From Ilumatobacter sp. (GTDB taxonomy: Bacteria; Actinomycetota; Acidimicrobiia; Acidimicrobiales; Ilumatobacteraceae), in contig JBGCEY010000039.1 in NCBI GenBank assembly GCA_045106645.1, positions 1,701 through 65,700 on the forward strand: 64,000 nt of DNA, given 5' to 3'. The notes below the pieces were generated by a model. That model worked only from the letters and a program-made list of their open reading frames with translations, had not been told where the DNA came from and ran no database searches. This document shows positions 57,842 to 64,000 of this stretch, piece by piece. A program made the position numbers and the translations under genes. Position 1 is the stretch's first letter, and every line of letters begins with the position of its first letter.

Positions 57842-59977
57842 GTGAGATCCCCGAGTGCAATCGACGTGGCAGATTGCGTAACACCACTCGACCTCGATCA
57901 ACTCGTCGATTCGGGCGACCTGGGCGTAGGCCTCGGGGCGATCGTGGACGAACTCGCGATGGCGCGCTCGATGCTGAACGAAATGCCGTGCGCCATCTTC
58001 GTCAAAGACGTCAACGCGAAGTTCGTTTCGGCGAACACTGCGATGCTCGAGATGTGGAACATGGAGTCGCGTGGCGACATCCAGGGTCTTGACGACTTCG
58101 ATCTGCACGCTCCCCACACTGCGAAGAAGTACGCAGCGATCGACCGGCAAGTGATTCAGACCGGTGAGGCTGTTCGTGGGCACGAAGAGGCCCAGACCCG
58201 ATTCGACGGAACCTCGATCGTGTTGCGCACCACCAAACTCCCGATCCTGGATGTGGACGGCGCAGTGGTGGGGCTGATGGGCTTTTCGTTGGATGTGACC
58301 GACTCGCTTCGAGTCATCGAGGCGCTGGCGGTGACCGAGCGGCGCTATGCGCTGGCCGCCGAAGCGACTCGCGATGGCATCTGGGAATACGAACTGGAGA
58401 CCGACACGATCGTGCTGACGCCGCGATGCGCAGAGATCTTCGAGGTCGAGGCTTCGCCAGATCCGTTGTGCTGGAGCGCGGTGATCGACCGGCTCGGGGC
58501 TGAACAGGCCGAGACGCTGTCGGCGCTGGTGGATCGGGCGACGAGGGACACCTCAGAAGAGCTTGCGCTCACGCTGCACTTCGAACTGGACGATGGCACT
58601 CAGCGCTGGGTTCAACTCGTGGGAACTGTTGACGTCGTCGACGGCGTGCCCATTCGGGTCGTGGGGTCGGTTGCCGATATCACGGCAGATCATCAGCGCG
58701 AGGAGGTGCTCCGACATCAGGCGCTCCACGATGATCTGACCGGGTTGGAGAATCGACGTGCCCTCATTGCAGCACTCGATCGGACACGCGGTGCTCTGCT
58801 CTATCTCGACCTCGATGCGTTCAAGGTGATCAACGACTCGCTCGGGCATCAGGCGGGCGACGAGGTGCTGGTCGCCGTTGCGCGGCGAATTGCCGGGCTC
58901 CTCACGGGAGGGGCGCGCCTGTACCGATTGGGTGGCGACGAGTTTGCCGTGGTGCTGCCTCGAGCCGGCGCAGCCTGGGCTGAGCACGTTGCCCAGCAGA
59001 TCAACAACGTGCTGCGAGATCCGATCCATGTGTTCGGTCTCGACATCTACAGCACCGCCAGCGTTGGGGTGGTCTGCAACCTCGATGATGGTCGCGATGC
59101 GCTCGGCCTGCTGCGTGACGCCGACATTGCCCTGTACCACGCCAAGGGAGACGGCAAAGCGCGTGCGTCGCTGTTCCACCCGGCCATGCGAGCGCGTGCT
59201 GAGAGTGCGCTGGACGTGCAGATGCACATCCGCCGAGCGGTGAAACTGGAGGAATTCGAGCTGCACTACCAGCCGATCGTCGACGCTCGCACGGGTGTGC
59301 TTGCGGGTGTGGAAGCGTTGATTCGATGGCAGCGCACGCCGGATCGGTGTGAGCCGCCCGCTGCGTTCCTGCCGTACTTGGAGGAATCCAAGTTGATCGT
59401 CGGCGTCGGTGCGTGGGTGATCGATCAGGCATGTGCCCAGATGGCGCAGTGGCGCCGAGATCATCCCCTCATGCGAGAGGCTCACGTGGCACTCAACATT
59501 TCGCGTGTGCAGTTCGACGCTCCGGGGCTCGTGGACACGATCTGTGCCGCGGTGGAACGAAACCGTCTTCGTCCGAGCGACGTGGTGGTCGAGATCACAG
59601 AAACTGCGGTGAGCAGCCTGGCTGCAAGCGTCCGACAGGACCTCGAAGCGTTACGTGCGTTCGGGGTGCGTGTGGCAATCGACGACTTCGGGGTCGGTCA
59701 ATCCTCGCTCAGTGCGCTCTACGAGCTTCCGGCTGACATCTTGAAGATCGATCGCAGTTTCACCGCCAGAATCGAGCGGGGACAGCCGGAGCCGGTGACG
59801 AGCGCAGTGCTCGAACTGGCCCATTCGCTCGGAATGACGACCGTGGGCGAAGGAGTGGAAACCGCGGAGCAGGCCGCATGGCTGACCGAGCGATCGTGTG
59901 ACCGGCTCCAGGGCTACCTGCTGGCTCGGCCCATGACGGCCTCAGAGATTCCCGCCGCCTTCGGCGAGAATCGCTGA
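57842..59977 (+). CDS. PAS-PAS-GGDEF-EAL diguanylate cyclase/phosphodiesterase
   Basis: Two PAS domains, HDDLTGLENR, GGDEF, EAL, DDFGVG, KIDRSF, EGVET; no RxxD I-site. Start uncertain (57803, 57842 or 57866). Confidence 0.93.
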   Translation: MRSPSAIDVADCVTPLDLDQLVDSGDLGVGLGAIVDELAMARSMLNEMPCAIFVKDVNAKFVSANTAMLEMWNMESRGDIQGLDDFDLHAPHTAKKYAAIDRQVIQTGEAVRGHEEAQTRFDGTSIVLRTTKLPILDVDGAVVGLMGFSLDVTDSLRVIEALAVTERRYALAAEATRDGIWEYELETDTIVLTPRCAEIFEVEASPDPLCWSAVIDRLGAEQAETLSALVDRATRDTSEELALTLHFELDDGTQRWVQLVGTVDVVDGVPIRVVGSVADITADHQREEVLRHQALHDDLTGLENRRALIAALDRTRGALLYLDLDAFKVINDSLGHQAGDEVLVAVARRIAGLLTGGARLYRLGGDEFAVVLPRAGAAWAEHVAQQINNVLRDPIHVFGLDIYSTASVGVVCNLDDGRDALGLLRDADIALYHAKGDGKARASLFHPAMRARAESALDVQMHIRRAVKLEEFELHYQPIVDARTGVLAGVEALIRWQRTPDRCEPPAAFLPYLEESKLIVGVGAWVIDQACAQMAQWRRDHPLMREAHVALNISRVQFDAPGLVDTICAAVERNRLRPSDVVVEITETAVSSLAASVRQDLEALRAFGVRVAIDDFGVGQSSLSALYELPADILKIDRSFTARIERGQPEPVTSAVLELAHSLGMTTVGEGVETAEQAAWLTERSCDRLQGYLLARPMTASEIPAAFGENR

Positions 59978-59990
59978 GCCGGATCAGGAA

Positions 59991-60167
59991 TCAGGATTCG
60001 TCGGAGTCGCCGGCGAACTTCTCCGCAGCGTCATCGACCTTGTCGAGGTGCTCGGAGTGCTTGCCACCGGTCTTTTCGTCGATGACGTCGGTTGCCTTGT
60101 CGACGCCGTCGGCGACCTTGTCCTTGTTCTTCTTTGCCAGGTCCTTGGCTTTGTCGAAGAGTCCCAT
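59991..60167 (-). CDS. MT0933/Rv0909-like small protein (antitoxin family), 58 aa
   Basis: Not in the ORF track. Hand translation: MGLFDKAKDLAKKNKDKVADGVDKATDVIDEKTGGKHSEHLDKVDDAAEKFAGDSDES; GGAGG SD. Confidence 0.85.
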   Translation of the reverse strand: MGLFDKAKDLAKKNKDKVADGVDKATDVIDEKTGGKHSEHLDKVDDAAEKFAGDSDES

Positions 60168-60205
60168 TGGTTGACCTCCAGGTCATTGATCGAGGGGTGA
60201 AGCCC

Positions 60206-61315
60206 TCAGTATGGCGTGGTGCGGACCAGGTCGGTCAGGAGATCGATGTCGTCGTGCGAGGTGTGCAGGTGCGGTGAGACGCGCAGGCCGCCCTGGCGAT
60301 GGTCGACATGGATGTTCGAAGCAGCGAGCAGCTCGACTGCGTCGGCCTGTGCCCGGACGATGGCCGTGCCGCTGCGGTGTTGTTCACGGTGCGGACTCGT
60401 GACCCGGTCGCCGAGGCGTTCGACGAGTTGGCTCGTGAGGGCGAGGTTGTGCTCACGTATCGCACCGAGGCCGAGCGAACGGATTGCATTGATGGACTCG
60501 CGAGCGATGGCGAACGGCAACACGGTGGGTGTGCCTCCCCAGAATCTGAGCGCGTCGTCGGCGTAGCGGAAGTGGTGGATGTCGAACTCGAATGGATCGT
60601 CGTGTGAGAACCATCCGACGTCGGCTGGCTGACAGCGATCGATCAGGTTTGGCCGGGCCCACAGCCACCCGGCCCCCGGTCCACCGCTGAGCCACTTCAC
60701 GCATGACCCCACCAAGAAGTCGGCATTCCAGTCGTCGGTGTCGATGTCGATGACGCCGGCAGACTGCGCCACGTCGACCACCGTGATCGCGCTGTGTCGA
60801 TGTGCGACGTCGATGATGTCGGCTGCTGGCGTCAACACGCCGGTATTGGAATGAACGTGGGTGATGACGGCGACATCGACGTCTTTCAGGTGCCGGTCCC
60901 ACACCATGGGGTCGAGGGTGTTCTCGGAGTGCTCGATGTAGCGAACGTCGTAGCCCGAGCGTTGGCAGACGAAGCCGAGTGACGGAAAGGCCTCCTCGGT
61001 CAGCAAGATCGTGGGACGTGGTGATCGAAAGGTGGAGCGCAGACCGTCGAGGAGTTTCACCAGTCCGCTCGACACCGTGCTCTGTGGACACACCGAAGCA
61101 GCATCGCCTCCGACGAGCGAAGCCACTGACGACCGAAAGCCGGCGATGGTGTCGAGCCATTGCGGCCATGCGTTCGCTGTGTCGTGGTGCCAGACATCGA
61201 GGTGGTGGCCGACCGAACCCTCGGCACCTCGGGTCGGCAGGCCGATCGAGTGTGAGAGGAGGTAGACCCCTGCTCGGGGGGCAAAGACGTCACCTGCGGC
61301 CGCGGTTGGCGTCAT
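60206..61315 (-). CDS. Kynureninase-like class V PLP enzyme
   Basis: YLLSHSIG, VDVAQSAG, GSCVKWLSGGPG, GWFSH...RFWGGTP; ATG 61315 overlaps the upstream stop. Confidence 0.8.
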   Translation of the reverse strand: MTPTAAAGDVFAPRAGVYLLSHSIGLPTRGAEGSVGHHLDVWHHDTANAWPQWLDTIAGFRSSVASLVGGDAASVCPQSTVSSGLVKLLDGLRSTFRSPRPTILLTEEAFPSLGFVCQRSGYDVRYIEHSENTLDPMVWDRHLKDVDVAVITHVHSNTGVLTPAADIIDVAHRHSAITVVDVAQSAGVIDIDTDDWNADFLVGSCVKWLSGGPGAGWLWARPNLIDRCQPADVGWFSHDDPFEFDIHHFRYADDALRFWGGTPTVLPFAIARESINAIRSLGLGAIREHNLALTSQLVERLGDRVTSPHREQHRSGTAIVRAQADAVELLAASNIHVDHRQGGLRVSPHLHTSHDDIDLLTDLVRTTPY

Positions 61316-62514
61316 TGCTGTCCGATCAGGCTGCGGAGTTGAGCAATGTCGGCATGCCTGGTGGCGATGTCGGATCGGTCCGCAGCGAGGCGACGATCGC
61401 GGAGGCCCTCCAGCGCACGGAGGAGCACGTCGAGTGGAGGGCCGCTCGCCGTGATGCCCTCGAGATGCTCGGGTGGCACTCGTTCTGCGGGTCGCTGGAT
61501 GAAGTTGGTGACGAGCTCGTCGTGATGTTGTGCCGCCGCTCGACCGAGTGCGTTGCAAACGGCGAGGAACGCGGCGGTGTGGCGCTGGAACCAGGCCTCG
61601 TCGGCGTGGTCGCGTTGCTCGAGGAGTGCATCCAGCAGGTTGGGTTGGCGGTACGACTCGTGCAGTCGGCGCTGCTCCTCGGGGGTGAGGTACGGGAACT
61701 TCTCGACGACGACCTGCGTGTAGGAGATGTCGGTCGGTGAGCACAGCCCCAGCAGCATGTCGATCTGGTTGAACGCTGCGAAGTCGCCAGCATTTGCACC
61801 ACGGTATTCCTGCGATCCCACTCGATGCGGTTTGTAGTAGGGGCGGACGCAGAAGAAGAACTCGTCGACGTCGAGGCGGCGCCCGAGCTCGGTGTTGATG
61901 GCCAGCGCCTCGTCGAGGGCGTGCTCGGCAACCCGTAGCAGGTCGAGTGTGGCCGGGTGCGAAACGCCCATGGGATGGATCCGACCGAGTGCGTCCGCGG
62001 CGCGCATGTATGCGAATGCGGAACGTGTGTTGTCGTCGAGGAAGACCCGCTCGGCGTTGCGCCACGTGAAGGTCCGGTACGCCCCGTTCACCGCCCGGTT
62101 GTAGGTCTCCATGTGTGCCGTCATGAAGCGTGGAGCGGTGCCGAGCGTCGCTCCGAGGTGGAGCGCGAGCGCAGATGCCTCGACGAGCGGCGACGTGTGT
62201 TCGCGCGACGGCTCGGTGATCTCGTGGCGCCTGCACGCGGCCATGTAGTACCCGACGTTGCCGAGGAGTTCGAACGCGAGGTCGAACCCTTCGTCGGTGT
62301 TGCCTTCAGCCAGCAGCGCAGCGATCAGCTCGCGGCCCTCGTCGGTGAGCGACTGCTTCAGGTCGTTGCCGACACCGGCCACGTTCGAGCGGTTGTCCTG
62401 TGTTGCGTAGAGATCTTCCAACTCGGTGTTCAGATCGACGAAGCGTCCGCGAATCCAACGATCGAATGCCGCAACACGCGGGGTCGTGGTCGAGTGTGGT
62501 TGGGCTTCGATCAT
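61312..62514 (-). CDS. PrnB/IDO-like heme-dependent oxygenase (DUF1864-like)
   Basis: AFDRWIRGRFVDLNTELE, LGTAPRF, FFFCVRPYYKP, YRGANAGDFA and GITASGPPL motifs; GAGGAG SD before ATG 62514. Confidence 0.72.
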   Translation of the reverse strand: MIEAQPHSTTTPRVAAFDRWIRGRFVDLNTELEDLYATQDNRSNVAGVGNDLKQSLTDEGRELIAALLAEGNTDEGFDLAFELLGNVGYYMAACRRHEITEPSREHTSPLVEASALALHLGATLGTAPRFMTAHMETYNRAVNGAYRTFTWRNAERVFLDDNTRSAFAYMRAADALGRIHPMGVSHPATLDLLRVAEHALDEALAINTELGRRLDVDEFFFCVRPYYKPHRVGSQEYRGANAGDFAAFNQIDMLLGLCSPTDISYTQVVVEKFPYLTPEEQRRLHESYRQPNLLDALLEQRDHADEAWFQRHTAAFLAVCNALGRAAAQHHDELVTNFIQRPAERVPPEHLEGITASGPPLDVLLRALEGLRDRRLAADRSDIATRHADIAQLRSLIGQQ

Positions 62515-62536
62515 GGCTGCTCCTCGTCGGCTCGAC

Positions 62537-62554
62537 ATGAGAACAGATTCTCAT
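62537..62554. promoter_or_regulatory. Palindromic operator between the PrnB-like operon and its TetR
   Basis: Perfect 7-bp inverted repeat ATGAGAA-CAGA-TTCTCAT. Confidence 0.65.
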
Positions 62555-62580
62555 CTCACCGGGAACTGTACCCTCGCGCC

Positions 62581-63198
62581 GTGGCTGAGCAACCCGAAGC
62601 ACTGACGAATCTGGCGGGGCGGGCGAACTCGGAGCGTGCCGACACGCGACGCACCCGAGAACGCCTCGTGGATGCGGTGCAGGCATGGCTTGCGGTGCAC
62701 GGTGCTGCTCCGGAGCGCCTCGCAGACGTGGCGGTCGAGGCCGGTGTCTCCACCGCCACCGCATACCGACACTTTGCTTCGGTCGATGACGTCATCCAAG
62801 CCTTCGTGTTGCGCCTGCCGGTGCGCGCCGCGCAGCTGTTCGACGTATCCGGGGGCCGCAACGCATCCGAGGGAGAGAGACCCGTAGAGGTGCTGCGGCG
62901 GTGGAATCAGGCGTGGGTCGACGCCTGTCTCGAGCACGGCGACCTGGCGGTCAGCTTGCGTTCGCCGATCGGATTCCTGCAGCGTCGCGACGAGGGCGAC
63001 CCGGTGATCACCTTCGCATGTGCACAGATCGAGCCGCTGCTCGAGAAGCTCGACGGCGACCTGATGATGCTGTTGTTCACGTGGAATGTCGTGAGCGATC
63101 CGAGAGAGGTGCTCGACCTGCAACGTCTCGGGTGGAGCGCCGGGCGCATTGCCGACTTCGTCACGAAGTCGGTGTTGGCAACGCCAAGAGTGGACTGA
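62581..63198 (+). CDS. TetR family regulator
   Basis: RADTRRTRERLVDA...RLADVAVEAGVSTATAYRHF; GTG at 62581 inside the long 61957 ORF of the track. Confidence 0.88.
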   Translation: MAEQPEALTNLAGRANSERADTRRTRERLVDAVQAWLAVHGAAPERLADVAVEAGVSTATAYRHFASVDDVIQAFVLRLPVRAAQLFDVSGGRNASEGERPVEVLRRWNQAWVDACLEHGDLAVSLRSPIGFLQRRDEGDPVITFACAQIEPLLEKLDGDLMMLLFTWNVVSDPREVLDLQRLGWSAGRIADFVTKSVLATPRVD

Positions 63199-63244
63199 GT
63201 ACGTCCAGTTGTCGACCGACTCGTCATCGCTGGAGCGAGCGGTC

Positions 63245-63260
63245 TCTACGGGTACGTAGA
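63245..63260. promoter_or_regulatory. Palindrome overlapping the -10 of the last tetR gene
   Basis: TCTACG-GGTA-CGTAGA; -10-like TAGACT at 63257-63262, 6 nt before GTG 63269. Confidence 0.55.
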
Positions 63261-63265
63261 CTGAA

Positions 63266-63850
63266 GTGGTGGCGAAACCGTCGGGCCGCCCGATCCGTGA
63301 CGAGGTCATCGACGCCGCGTGTACGAAGGTGCAACAGATCGGTGTCAACTCGCTCAGCTTCGGCGTGTTGGCCAAGGAACTGGGCATCTCCGCTCCGTCG
63401 ATTCACCATCACTTTCGTACCAAAGACGATTTGATCGGCGCGGTCGCTGCGAGATATCGAGCGCAGTTCGGCGACTTCGTCGACACCATCATTCAGGACA
63501 GCGCTGCTGACCGCCTGATGGCATACGCCGCGCTCTTCGATGACACGACTCGCGCTGACCTGATGTGCTTCTGCGGTTCGGTCGCATCGGACTGGCTGAC
63601 CACGGGGGAACCTGCGCGCCAGGAGGTGGGTGCGTTCTTCGAGGATCAACAGCGCTGGCTGAGGGCACAACTCGAACGCGGTGTCGAGCGCGACGAGTTC
63701 GCGCCGATACCCGATGCTGCGATCACCGCTCGCCTGTTCCTCGCGGCGCTGGAAGGCGCCATGCTCATCACCCGCGCTGGCGACGAACGGTCGCGTCCGG
63801 GACTGCTGGCTGGCGAACTGGTGTCGTCATTGCGTCGGCGCATCGACTGA
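63266..63850 (+). CDS. TetR family regulator (NemR/LmrA-like)
   Basis: SFGVLAKELGISAPSIHHHFRTKDDL...MCFCG...LEGAMLI. Confidence 0.9.
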   Translation: MVAKPSGRPIRDEVIDAACTKVQQIGVNSLSFGVLAKELGISAPSIHHHFRTKDDLIGAVAARYRAQFGDFVDTIIQDSAADRLMAYAALFDDTTRADLMCFCGSVASDWLTTGEPARQEVGAFFEDQQRWLRAQLERGVERDEFAPIPDAAITARLFLAALEGAMLITRAGDERSRPGLLAGELVSSLRRRID

Positions 63851-64000
63851 TTCCGGAGCACGCTCGACCGGCCAGCGCTTGCGGGCCGGGTGCAGAATGA
63901 GTGCGCGCTCGATCCGGTCTCGGTTCACGGTGCGCCGAGGCTCCACCAGCTGGCAAGCGGGGCACCAGGTGCTCACCCGTCCCCACGGCACACCGGATTC

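Noticed and set aside
61312-62514. Pyrrolnitrin biosynthesis cluster
   Set aside because: No halogenases (prnA, prnC) or prnD next to the PrnB-like gene.
63768-63986. Short minus-strand ORF at the window end
   Set aside because: Low-complexity Arg/Pro/Ala-rich sequence overlapping the tetR end, with no motif or start context.

Overview
GC-rich actinobacterial chromosome segment, gene-dense and with frequent overlapping start/stop codons. The gene content and protein styles suggest Acidimicrobiia (Ilumatobacter-like); this is inference. I found no mobile elements, CRISPR arrays, rRNA or tRNA. Main blocks: (1) 2.3-14.6 kb: a partial, rearranged flagellar cluster (csrA, fliW, flhA, GTPase-less flhF-like, flgL, flgK, flgN, flbD, motA, motB, fliL) followed by two unexplained genes. 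(2) 14.6-33.2 kb: a catabolic region with carotenoid-type oxygenase, thiolase, NTF2/epoxide hydrolase-like protein, SDR, Rieske oxygenase, a CoxMSL-type molybdoenzyme, GST-like protein, AhpD/CMD-like gene, two hotdog-fold proteins, arylsulfatase, MBL hydrolase and haloalkane dehalogenase. (3) 36.5-42.7 kb: a reductive pyrimidine degradation operon with an F420-type LLM oxidoreductase. (4) 42.7-50.6 kb: ferritin, cobalamin and copper genes. (5) 50.7-63.9 kb: a second Rieske/TetR unit, lipid enzymes, a PAS-GGDEF-EAL gene and a PrnB/IDO-like plus kynureninase-like operon. Strongest unusual signals: an in-frame TGA at the second Cys position of the CxxC motif of the AhpD/CMD-like gene, followed by a SECIS-like hairpin (candidate selenoprotein, split by the ORF track); a PrnB/IDO-like plus kynureninase-like operon with its own TetR and operator; an F420-type enzyme where dihydropyrimidine dehydrogenase is expected; a Mo-enzyme with an AYRGPW active-site loop and a ~65 aa insertion; and a sigma28-like promoter on the c-di-GMP gene. 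All family calls rest on motif recognition by eye; no searches were run.
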